Numbered from the stretch's first letter, positions 9,282 to 17,501 are shown. The stretch: 64,000 nucleotides of DNA from a virus (IMGVR_UViG_3300021091_000001:32001-96000); one strand, 5' to 3'. The notes: generated by a model from the letters alone, not told the origin. Translations and numbers: made by a program.

Positions 9282-9379
9282 GCATCGGTAGGTTACATCT
9301 CATCAATGCATTCAGCACGCTTTTTGACGTAGGCAATGCATCTTGAGAACAAGCGGTTCGATTCTGCTTCGATGCGCCG
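9282..9379 (+). ncRNA. tRNA-like RNA (acceptor + T arm + long central stem)
   Basis: GCATCGG/TCGATGC acceptor, AGCGG-TTCGATT-CTGCT T arm, central TCTCA/TGAGA and ATGCATT/AATGCAT helices; no anticodon arm. Confidence 0.5.
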
Positions 9380-9483
9380 AGTATCCTGGATAAGACCAAG
9401 AACATGGCACTTATAACCATGTAACGATGCGGGTTATGTCCCGTAAGTTGTCGTGTGATTAAGATTGGCCTCACCGATCTTAG

Positions 9484-9680
9484 TCTACCTGTGAGGCAGG
9501 TAGTCCAGGGGAAAGTCTAAGTTGTTAGTCATCTCACAAATAGCATGAGTGTCTGGGGAGATCCCAGAACAGCTGTCCTTCAGCCGATGAAACACTATTT
9601 GTAAAAACTAACTGCAATACACAACTAGCTAATAGCCTGTAGCTTTGACTTGTGTATAAGATTTTGGCTTATACGGTAGA
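9484..9680 (+). ncRNA. Candidate minimal RNase P RNA-like element
   Basis: GGGGAAAGTC (CR-I-like) and GGCTTAT (CR-V-like) can form P4 with a bulged U; P1- and P2-like pairings possible; competing local hairpins exist. Confidence 0.35.
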
Positions 9681-9976
9681 TAACTGTAAACCCGTAATAT
9701 AGGAAACTATATTAATCCGATAATACATACGAGGGTTCTTACAAGTAGTATATATTGTCCAGTTAGATCTTTTTGTAGAAGATTGCGTGTATAACGCGTC
9801 TTAAACGACACTGTGGTGTGCCCTATAATACGTCCATGGTCGCAAGACGTTAAAATGCGTAACCTTGGCCTTTGGTACGAGGGTGACATTAGTGTCAGTG
9901 TCTGGTATATGCACAAACAGCGTCGTATCAATATACCATTAAGATCTTTTTAAAAAGTTCATACAAAGGAGAAAAC

Positions 9977-10216
9977 ATGCCAATCACCGAAGAAACCATC
10001 AACGAATACGTCTACAGCAGTGAACAAATGATTGAAAGTCAACGGCAAATGATCGAAAAACTCAAAGAAGCCATTGAACTCAAAAACAAACTGTACAATA
10101 CTGCCATCGAATACGCTCAACTCATCTACAAAGGTCTACAATCAACCAATTCCGAGACCAAAGCCAATGCCATGTGGCACCTAGCCAATCTCGCTCAACA
10201 TGAGGAGACAAAATGA
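9977..10216 (+). CDS. Coiled-coil hypothetical protein
   Basis: AAGGAG RBS. Confidence 0.7.
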   Translation: MPITEETINEYVYSSEQMIESQRQMIEKLKEAIELKNKLYNTAIEYAQLIYKGLQSTNSETKANAMWHLANLAQHEETK

Positions 10217-10443
10217 GGCAACCAATACTTCCATGTATTGTATGCAACAAAAAAATGAATTACCTATGGCCAGAAGAAGAACTAACCAACGTAGATGATG
10301 GAGTTGACTTCTACATGACTGGCTGCTACGGATCCAAATTCGACCTACAGGAATTTACAGCTATCCTCTGCGATACCTGTCTAGAGACTGCCTACAATAA
10401 AGGACATGTAAGGTTCGTTAAAGAATATGACATACTATTCTAA
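10213..10443 (+). CDS. Zinc-finger (CxxC...CxxC) hypothetical protein
   Basis: ATGA overlap with the upstream gene; CIVC and CDTC. Confidence 0.7.
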   Translation: MRQPILPCIVCNKKMNYLWPEEELTNVDDGVDFYMTGCYGSKFDLQEFTAILCDTCLETAYNKGHVRFVKEYDILF

Positions 10444-10448
10444 TGTAC

Positions 10449-10497
10449 TTACCAGTGTATATGGCTTAGGCTGTATACACTGGTAAATATTTTTTTC
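10449..10497 (+). terminator. Terminator hairpin
   Basis: 13-bp perfect stem 10449-10461/10474-10486 followed by a T run. Confidence 0.7.
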
Positions 10498-10572
10498 TAT
10501 AGAGCGAGAATCGCCGCAATTAAAACTTTAATTTTAATGCATATGATTCGAGCGATTTATTTCGTCTATGGC

Positions 10573-10601
10573 TTGCATACAAAGGAACAATATGATATAT
10601 T
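10573..10601 (+). promoter_or_regulatory. Sigma70/SigA-type promoter
   Basis: TTGCAT-N17-TATATT with extended -10 TG, upstream of the 10649 ORF. Confidence 0.55.
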
Positions 10602-10648
10602 ATTGTTCCCAAGTAAGCTAGTCATATAAAAGGAGAAGTAAAAAGACT

Positions 10649-10864
10649 ATGCCTCGGCAACATCAATCTTCAAGCATGAAGAAAGTCCTTACCGAGTTGT
10701 TGCGGTTAGGATTCACAGTTGAAAGAGCTAAGTCGGGCGTTTATAAAATTGTCCCCCCTCCGACAATTAAAGGCCCTATGTACACAACTCATGGCACAGA
10801 GTCCGCTCTGCACCCAATGAGACGTGACTTTAAAAGAATATATAATATAGATATCCGAGTATGA
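10649..10864 (+). CDS. HicA-like (dsRBD-fold) small protein
   Basis: KKVLTELLRLGFTVERAKSGVYKI resembles the HicA N-terminus; canonical GSH histidine absent. Confidence 0.45.
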   Translation: MPRQHQSSSMKKVLTELLRLGFTVERAKSGVYKIVPPPTIKGPMYTTHGTESALHPMRRDFKRIYNIDIRV

Positions 10865-11422
10865 TTTAAACAGTTTATGCGGGCCAATAAAGAGTCGGTG
10901 TAGGTTTGGTGGTCACCTGCATCGACTCTTTATTACTTGCCCCTGAATAATAATATTATTATAATTTTTTATTCTAGGGCGAGAATCGCCGCAAAACAAT
11001 AATGCTATATCTAATATACATATATACATACATAACAGACAATAACAAGACATAATAAAGCATAAAAACCCAATATACCACATTTTTGTTAATTAAAACT
11101 ATTTTTAGGTCCCCTTCCACGTGGGGGCCCAGTTGTAAGGTATATAAACTTGTTATTATCTGTTGGGGATTTTGTCCACGAAGTGGGGCAAAGTGGGGAT
11201 TCAAACAATGCTTAATACATTAGAGATAATGTTGAGGGTTCACAATGTTTCCTGTCAACTTTAATCCTTTAGCAACTTATATTGGTTATATTCATATACG
11301 CATATATTTAAAGTAAGGTTTTGATTTGCGGCGATGTCATATTTTGGATGGTTTTTATTGGCCCATACAAAAAGACGGATACGAGTTATTAATAGATCTA
11401 CCCAATATACAAGGAGCCGTCT

Positions 11423-11659
11423 ATGACAAACGCAATGTATAAGCTAGGTTCATTTGCAGGCAACTCCGCAAACTATCTGAACCGTCGGCGTTCTAAAAAG
11501 CTTGCTTTAAGTTCCTATCTCACAGTAGAAGCAGGCTTCACCACACTATCCATAGCTGCACTGTTATCCACAAAGATGTACCTGTCGGCTATCTTAGGAG
11601 TACTCCTACTAACATTCCTACTCTACGTCACTTATGGCGTACTCACAGAATTGAACTAG
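11423..11659 (+). CDS. Small membrane protein
   Basis: AAGGAG RBS, two hydrophobic segments. Confidence 0.7.
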   Translation: MTNAMYKLGSFAGNSANYLNRRRSKKLALSSYLTVEAGFTTLSIAALLSTKMYLSAILGVLLLTFLLYVTYGVLTELN

Positions 11660-11666
11660 ATTACAT

Positions 11667-11798
11667 ATGATTATTCCACCCGAATACCGCATCTCTAAAA
11701 CCAGAGACTTCGAATGGCTTTACGAAAAGATGTACGGTGAAGAACCAATAGACCCATCCGACATTATTGTTACAGATGACCAAGAAGACCCCTTCTAA
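11667..11798 (+). CDS. 43-aa acidic peptide ending DDQEDPF (not in ORF track)
   Basis: MIIPPEYRISKTRDFEWLYEKMYGEEPIDPSDIIVTDDQEDPF*; starts 7 nt after the upstream stop. Confidence 0.6.
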   Translation: MIIPPEYRISKTRDFEWLYEKMYGEEPIDPSDIIVTDDQEDPF

Positions 11799-11850
11799 AT
11801 CTATTCAAAAAAAAAATTATGCGTCGAATTTGGCATGTGAGGGCAAATTT

Positions 11851-12042
11851 ATGGATGTTTGGTCTGTTGTTCAGATGATCGAAGAGCCAAGATATAAAGA
11901 GATTCTTACAGAAGCTCTGCTGGTATATCAAAACCAGTTAGATTTAAACCAACCAAACTTATCTTCTCTGATTAAGATTAAAGATATAGATACTATTCTT
12001 GATATTATTGAAGAATATACTTTAAGACAAAATCTTGTTTGA
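11851..12042 (+). CDS. Hypothetical protein
   Basis: GAGG RBS before ATG 11851, in frame with the track ORF. Confidence 0.6.
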   Translation: MDVWSVVQMIEEPRYKEILTEALLVYQNQLDLNQPNLSSLIKIKDIDTILDIIEEYTLRQNLV

Positions 12043-12179
12043 AGTTGAATTTGGTTCGTATAAAAGACCGGAAAACGTTTTGGTTGACGATTTGAACTGA
12101 GTTGATTTTATCCCCTCCTTTGATCAACTCCTGAACACAGTCCCTCAGACATCAGTAGCCGTTTAATATCAACCTTAAC

Positions 12180-12240
12180 GAGCTAGTCCCTGGTTGCAGT
12201 TCCCCCTACAGCCAGGGACTGGCTCTTCCTACTTTTTTAT
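12180..12240 (+). terminator. Terminator hairpin
   Basis: GAGCTAGTCCCTGGTTG/CAGCCAGGGACTGGCTC stem with a downstream T tract. Confidence 0.6.
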
Positions 12241-12265
12241 TTTATAAAGGGATGAGATTATTACT

Positions 12266-12709
12266 ATGATATTATCGCAGGAAACTATTGACGAAATATT
12301 GTCTGTTCATCACACTCTGTGGGATGCATTGACGACAAGTTGTCCAAATCCTTGTGTTACATACAATAATGAAACATATGATGTACGCATTCCTCCTCAT
12401 GGAGGATACGCTTCAGCTATTTTACCCAACAAGAATGGTACTCCGTTCTTGTGGATAACTCAGAACTTAAACAAAACATCTTATGGTACTTTGCAGATTG
12501 AGCGTCAAGCCAAACTAAACAATGACCATAGGATTAGCTGGATTGTCGACACTCGCAATGGTGGCTTTAAATATATCTTTAATATATCCACAACCACCAA
12601 CGACACTGGTCATTGTATCAATGGTACAATTGAGATGTATGACCAGTTCGGTACATCCACAGTATGGTCGACTAACCCACTTATGATTAGTAAGAAATCG
12701 GAATTTTAA
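12266..12709 (+). CDS. Hypothetical protein
   Basis: 147-aa ORF abutting the next gene. Confidence 0.75.
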   Translation: MILSQETIDEILSVHHTLWDALTTSCPNPCVTYNNETYDVRIPPHGGYASAILPNKNGTPFLWITQNLNKTSYGTLQIERQAKLNNDHRISWIVDTRNGGFKYIFNISTTTNDTGHCINGTIEMYDQFGTSTVWSTNPLMISKKSEF

Positions 12710-12961
12710 ATGGACAACATTACCAGTCTTGAAGAACAAATTGGTGTGCTAGAAGCGGATTTTCTTCGCTCTTTTTCAGAGTTCGAGAACATACTTTCAA
12801 AGTATCACGACCAACTCTTTACACTCAGTTTTACTCAAGACAAAGAGCCACAGATTCAGGCTATTAGCCGTGGACTCAAGTCTATGGCATTAGGGCTTTC
12901 TGCTCTTGCAGAAGCCTTTCCTGTTATGTGTCAAGCTCGAGGACTTAATGTCCCTGATTAA
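12710..12961 (+). CDS. Hypothetical protein
   Basis: Translationally coupled to the upstream ORF. Confidence 0.7.
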   Translation: MDNITSLEEQIGVLEADFLRSFSEFENILSKYHDQLFTLSFTQDKEPQIQAISRGLKSMALGLSALAEAFPVMCQARGLNVPD

Positions 12962-13147
12962 AAATTTGTTAAATCCTTCATTTTATACGACTTGATCTGT
13001 TTTTATACTATATAATATATATGCTTTGTAATGATAGTTTTTTAAAAACTTTAGATATTTTAGTTTTTAACTAAGATATCTAACTATTATTATATATGTT
13101 TATATACTACAAATAACAAACAAATCACCTCATAGAGGAGTATCAAA

Positions 13148-13390
13148 ATGCCAAGAGGTAAAACAAATGCGATTGAACAGCTTATCAATACCAAGTACAG
13201 CAGCGGAGTTGAAATCACTGTTGCTGACTTTGCAGCAGAAATTGGTTGCACTGTTCAAAACGTTTATATCTACATCCGAAAGAATCCTTCTCGATTCTCT
13301 CAAATTCGTAGAGGCTTATATCAAATTCATCCATCTGTGCCTAACACTGCTCACCAAAGCGGCAGTGGCGGCATGAGTATGAATGCTTAA
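13148..13390 (+). CDS. HTH DNA-binding protein
   Basis: ITVADFAAEIGCTVQNVYIYIRK helix-turn-helix pattern; GAGGAG RBS. Confidence 0.7.
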   Translation: MPRGKTNAIEQLINTKYSSGVEITVADFAAEIGCTVQNVYIYIRKNPSRFSQIRRGLYQIHPSVPNTAHQSGSGGMSMNA

Positions 13391-13602
13391 TTTACTTTAA
13401 TATTGTTGACCAAAACTTTGTATTATTTTAATTTAAAGTTACTATTTATAGAACGTAATTAGATTATTACGAAGCGCAGGAGTACAATGTCTTAATGTAG
13501 ATGTGTCCCCGAGCGACTGCCCGAAGGGCAGAAGCCGGGGACATACCATCTTGTAAGAGATGTATTCCTTTTTCCATTTTATGTTAGCCTTTGGAGGTTG
13601 TC

Positions 13603-13794
13603 ATGAAAAAGTCAAAGTCAGTTAATGACTTCAATGATTTAAATGACAAACAGTATAAAGCTATACTCTTGCTTGTAAAGCTAGTGTCATCTTTGTCTGT
13701 TGAGGTCCATGACCTCACCAAAGAGTTAAAAAGACAATCACAATTAATTGATCGTCTTTTGGCTAACACTCCATTGGAGGAAGACCCTGTTTAG
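13603..13794 (+). CDS. Coiled-coil hypothetical protein
   Basis: GGAGG RBS before ATG 13603. Confidence 0.65.
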   Translation: MKKSKSVNDFNDLNDKQYKAILLLVKLVSSLSVEVHDLTKELKRQSQLIDRLLANTPLEEDPV

Positions 13795-13796
13795 TT

Positions 13797-13826
13797 TTGA
13801 CCACACTATCACCAATATGATACAAT
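13797..13826 (+). promoter_or_regulatory. Sigma70/SigA-type promoter
   Basis: TTGACC-N18-TACAAT about 200 nt upstream of the Rpf/SLT gene. Confidence 0.55.
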
Positions 13827-14025
13827 ATACCATGCCCGTTAGCAGCGGGCAGGGGGAAGTTCCCCTATCTAATAGATAGTGATATCTAGAAGTCGGAGAG
13901 GCAACCTTGCCACTGTGATGGGCATCTCGTATGTGTCCATGCAATCTTCGGTTTCGCAAACCTGCGCGATGATAATGCTAGTCGGATTATTGACTAGCAG
14001 AAACAGACGAAAGGAGCGATACCAA

Positions 14026-14859
14026 ATGCGCATACTTAAAACATTAATTATATCATTAATTATAATAACTTCATTAACATTTGCCAGTTCTGCCAATGCT
14101 TCAGCTTGGGAGTATGTCACCTTCAGAATGGGTGCACCCGCTAGCTACTGGAAAGATGTAGCTCAATGTCAGGCTGGCAACAAAAATCAGGTCAACTGGA
14201 AACAGCTTGGTATACAATCTGGAGGACTTCAGATTCATACCAATTCTTCTTTCGGTCAACCCGATATGGGCATATGGGAGCAATATGGTGGTGAGCAATT
14301 TGCGCCATCTCCAGATAAAGCATCTGTGGATCAGCAGATTATTATTGCCAACCGTATTGCTATCACAGGCTTCAAAACCAAACAAATTAACAGCTTTACC
14401 ATTAGGCCATTAAGAGATGTTTATATTAAACATCCTCTTGGTTTTAATCATTGGTCATGTATTGCAACTAGTGAGCTTGATTCATATTCCAAAATTGAAT
14501 ACACTGTAAGAATATCTACTGATCCAACTTTCTCATGTCCTAAATATGAGAACTTGTTCAGAAAATATGGTTTACCACCCAAGGTATTTTCCTATATTGC
14601 TTACAGAGAATCACGTTGCAATACTAATGCTGTTAACGCTAGGTGGAAAGATGGTAAACTCATCTGGACATTAAATAATAACAAAACTTATGATTCTGGG
14701 TTGTTACAAATCAATTCATCTTGGATTGGAACACTCAAGAGAGAGTTTGGTTATTCTTCATCTGATTTATTTAAAGCAGATGTTAATGCCCGATTTGCCA
14801 GCTGGATACTTAACAATACATCAGGTAGATTGCGTAACTGGTCTCTGTACGCAAAATAG
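14026..14859 (+). CDS. Secreted Rpf-like + SLT/lysozyme-like double-domain transglycosylase
   Basis: Signal peptide; WKDVAQCQAG..GGLQI..WEQYGG..APSPDKASVDQQIIIA (Rpf pattern); second domain IAYRESRC..DSGLLQINS; AAGGAG RBS. Confidence 0.8.
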   Translation: MRILKTLIISLIIITSLTFASSANASAWEYVTFRMGAPASYWKDVAQCQAGNKNQVNWKQLGIQSGGLQIHTNSSFGQPDMGIWEQYGGEQFAPSPDKASVDQQIIIANRIAITGFKTKQINSFTIRPLRDVYIKHPLGFNHWSCIATSELDSYSKIEYTVRISTDPTFSCPKYENLFRKYGLPPKVFSYIAYRESRCNTNAVNARWKDGKLIWTLNNNKTYDSGLLQINSSWIGTLKREFGYSSSDLFKADVNARFASWILNNTSGRLRNWSLYAK

Positions 14860-14907
14860 TTTGTACAGAAAATTGACCACTCCATCCATATCAATTAGGA
14901 GATTACA

Positions 14908-15252
14908 ATGGCGTTTGTCCCAAGCATTGAAACACAAGTTAGTAAGAATCCTCGAAAGTTTGCGATGGCTCAGCCATCCAAGCTTTTGACAAAGATTAAA
15001 GGTGAGCCGCCCTTCAACATTTCAAAGGGCAGACGGCGTAACCCTGTCAACACTACAATTTACAACGAGCTCATCGCTAATCGTAACGAATGGTTCCATG
15101 TGAATGTTCAAATTGTTGACAAAAAGCAGCTTGCATCTATCCGTTCATCGCTTTCATTCCGTGCTAGGAAGGATAATCTTACACTTGCCACTGCTTCACT
15201 CTTCAATGAAGAAACGCAGACCATTGATCTTTGGGTTATGCTCGTAGCGTAA
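14908..15252 (+). CDS. Hypothetical basic protein
   Basis: AGGAG RBS. Confidence 0.75.
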   Translation: MAFVPSIETQVSKNPRKFAMAQPSKLLTKIKGEPPFNISKGRRRNPVNTTIYNELIANRNEWFHVNVQIVDKKQLASIRSSLSFRARKDNLTLATASLFNEETQTIDLWVMLVA

Positions 15253-15667
15253 CCTAAAGACCAATTATTATTGCGTTATCGTAATTTCTTTGAAGTTCAT
15301 ATCTTACTTCGTCTCGTTATTAAACTATATTCGATGCGCTGTAAGTTACAGGGATGGCCGTAAGCCCTGGTAAAATGAACGGACGGAGTTTGCATGTTCT
15401 CTGCACAAAAACATGCACATCATGCACACGGTTTTTCTATTTGTAAACTTTCTTTTTTGTTCATACAGAAAAGAAGGGAATAGTCACATTTATTAGGGAG
15501 AAGCTGATGCCTTTTAAATCTGTTGTTGATATCGTCATATTTTCAACTATATGTTTTTTTCTTTTGTCTTGGTATGTTATCAACGCCAGCGATTACAAAA
15601 AGAAAAAGAAAAATAAACCTTAGTTGTTTATACAAAATATTGATCCATCTACCTACATAGGAGAATC

Positions 15668-16117
15668 ATGTTTGCTTTCGCTATTATGCTAGCTGTTGCT
15701 TCAACTATTGTAGAAATGATGTTTGCTGCTAATTTTCCGACTTGGCGTCGCCTTGCTTATGAATTCAAATGGTTTAATATGATTATTTCAATCATGTTGT
15801 CATTTCTCATTGGCTTGGCGTTCGGTGCTGCTGGTTTGATTGCCATGACTGCAGGCTTGATTTCTACAGTGTTATCAATTCCAGGTTATGCTTTCTTGCA
15901 CTGGAATTGTGACACTCCTAAAGCTCAAACTCTTGGCACCACTAGAACTAATTATATAAAGACCAAGACTAAAACTAAATTTGCTAAAGGCAAAGAACTT
16001 GCTTCTGACTTGGGAAAGGTTGCTTACGCTACTGGAAAAGTTATTACTGCTCCTATTTGGATTCCACGTAAAGCATCCCACAAGTACAAAGCATTTAAAG
16101 CTAGGTATAATTCATAA
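15668..16117 (+). CDS. Membrane protein with basic C-terminus
   Basis: AGGAG RBS, three hydrophobic helices. Confidence 0.75.
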   Translation: MFAFAIMLAVASTIVEMMFAANFPTWRRLAYEFKWFNMIISIMLSFLIGLAFGAAGLIAMTAGLISTVLSIPGYAFLHWNCDTPKAQTLGTTRTNYIKTKTKTKFAKGKELASDLGKVAYATGKVITAPIWIPRKASHKYKAFKARYNS

Positions 16118-16149
16118 AACAAATAACATTTAATATTATATATTAGGAG

Positions 16150-16908
16150 ATGATTGGCTTGTCCACACAATCAACACTCGATGACGCTTCTATTCGTAGA
16201 ATTATTGCTTCCTATAATAAGGTATACGATGCTCGCGTTGCAATTGAAGCAATTGCAGCCAATGGAGAATCAAATTCCTACATTGATCGTATTCTTGAAG
16301 TTACAGAATCCGTTGACCTTATTGTCAAGCGACCTTTGTCTAATCGCGTAACAAAATTTATTGTTGGCAAATGGTCAATGTCACAAATCGGTGTTGGACC
16401 TGTATTTACTGCAGGTCTAATGTCTTACATTGATGTCACTAAAGCCAAGACAGCTACATCAGTCTGGCGTTATGCTGGATTTGATCCTACATTTAATTCA
16501 TCTACTCGCATGTCATATAACGGCGATCTTAAAAATATTTGTTTAAAGATTGGTCATAGTTTTTCTCGAAACGTTGATAAGAAAAATGCTTTTTATGGCA
16601 AACTTTATTTGCAGGATAAAATTCGTCGTGTTCGCAACAATGAAAATGGCGAATATGCAGAACACGCATATGAAACACTTATCAATGTAAATTCGAAGAA
16701 TAAGGATACTATTGCTATTCTACAATCTGGTAAGTTGCCTGATGAACAAATTGAACAACAAGCTCGTAGATTTGCAGTAAAAATTTTTCTTAGTCATTAT
16801 CACACAATAGCATATCAGGAACATTACGGAACTGCTCCTTATCGTCCTAACTCTATCACTATTGATGGAATTGAACAACATATTGAAATTCCCAACAATC
16901 CATTCTAA
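16150..16908 (+). CDS. IS110-family transposase C-terminal (Transposase_20/HhH)-like protein
   Basis: GVGPVFTAGLMSYID..ATSVWRYAGFDP..YN..LK..FYGKLY..ARRFAVKIFL; no N-terminal DEDD RuvC domain visible. Confidence 0.65.
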   Translation: MIGLSTQSTLDDASIRRIIASYNKVYDARVAIEAIAANGESNSYIDRILEVTESVDLIVKRPLSNRVTKFIVGKWSMSQIGVGPVFTAGLMSYIDVTKAKTATSVWRYAGFDPTFNSSTRMSYNGDLKNICLKIGHSFSRNVDKKNAFYGKLYLQDKIRRVRNNENGEYAEHAYETLINVNSKNKDTIAILQSGKLPDEQIEQQARRFAVKIFLSHYHTIAYQEHYGTAPYRPNSITIDGIEQHIEIPNNPF

Positions 16909-16916
16909 GGAGTTTT

Positions 16917-17501
16917 ATGTTTAATCACATTACAACAATTAGTCCAGAGCGAGTTGCTAAGGCCATCAAATACTTTGATAATAACATCGAACCACTCCTT
17001 GGTACAGATGTTTCTAGCTATGCTCCTGGACGTCGTCGTATATGGTTTCCTTACGAAGCTCCTTTGAGCAATAATCGTACCTTTGAGCTTGCTCTTCCTG
17101 ACCAAAAGATTTGGGCATTTGTCAAAAACATTTGTGCATCTTTTGGTTGGGAGCCTGAGCTTGCTCTTATCTCTAAAGGTGGAGAAATTTCTGCACACCG
17201 AGATGCAGCTTATGCTGATTTCCGATCTATCGGAATCAATCTTGGTTCTGTCACTTGGTGTTATGAAAGAATTTATCCAGCATTTGGATGGGCTGAGCCG
17301 TCCAAATGCATCGATCCTTCCGAGATAACTAAGGTACCCATGACTGGTGGAGAAGTCTTTGAGTTCAATTGTAAAAATCCACATTGGACTGAGGACGTTG
17401 ATCCTAACCGTTGGGCTATTAACGCTTGGAGAATTTCTGCTAAGAAACGAATTGAATTTACCGATTTTCTCAAATCGTTGACTGTTCATACAAAAGAATG
17501 A
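16917..17501 (+). CDS. 2OG-Fe(II) dioxygenase (AlkB-like fold)
   Basis: ISAHRD (HxD), NPHW (distal His), RWAINAW (2OG-binding Arg). Confidence 0.7.
   Translation: MFNHITTISPERVAKAIKYFDNNIEPLLGTDVSSYAPGRRRIWFPYEAPLSNNRTFELALPDQKIWAFVKNICASFGWEPELALISKGGEISAHRDAAYADFRSIGINLGSVTWCYERIYPAFGWAEPSKCIDPSEITKVPMTGGEVFEFNCKNPHWTEDVDPNRWAINAWRISAKKRIEFTDFLKSLTVHTKE

Noticed and set aside
13833-14025. c-di-AMP (ydaO) riboswitch
   Set aside because: Only a GGGGGAA-like fragment matches; the conserved GGGGUGAAU and GUCAGCUAAC segments are not seen
16150-16908. Active IS110 insertion sequence
   Set aside because: No DEDD RuvC domain or clear non-coding ends; gene is packed tightly between phage genes
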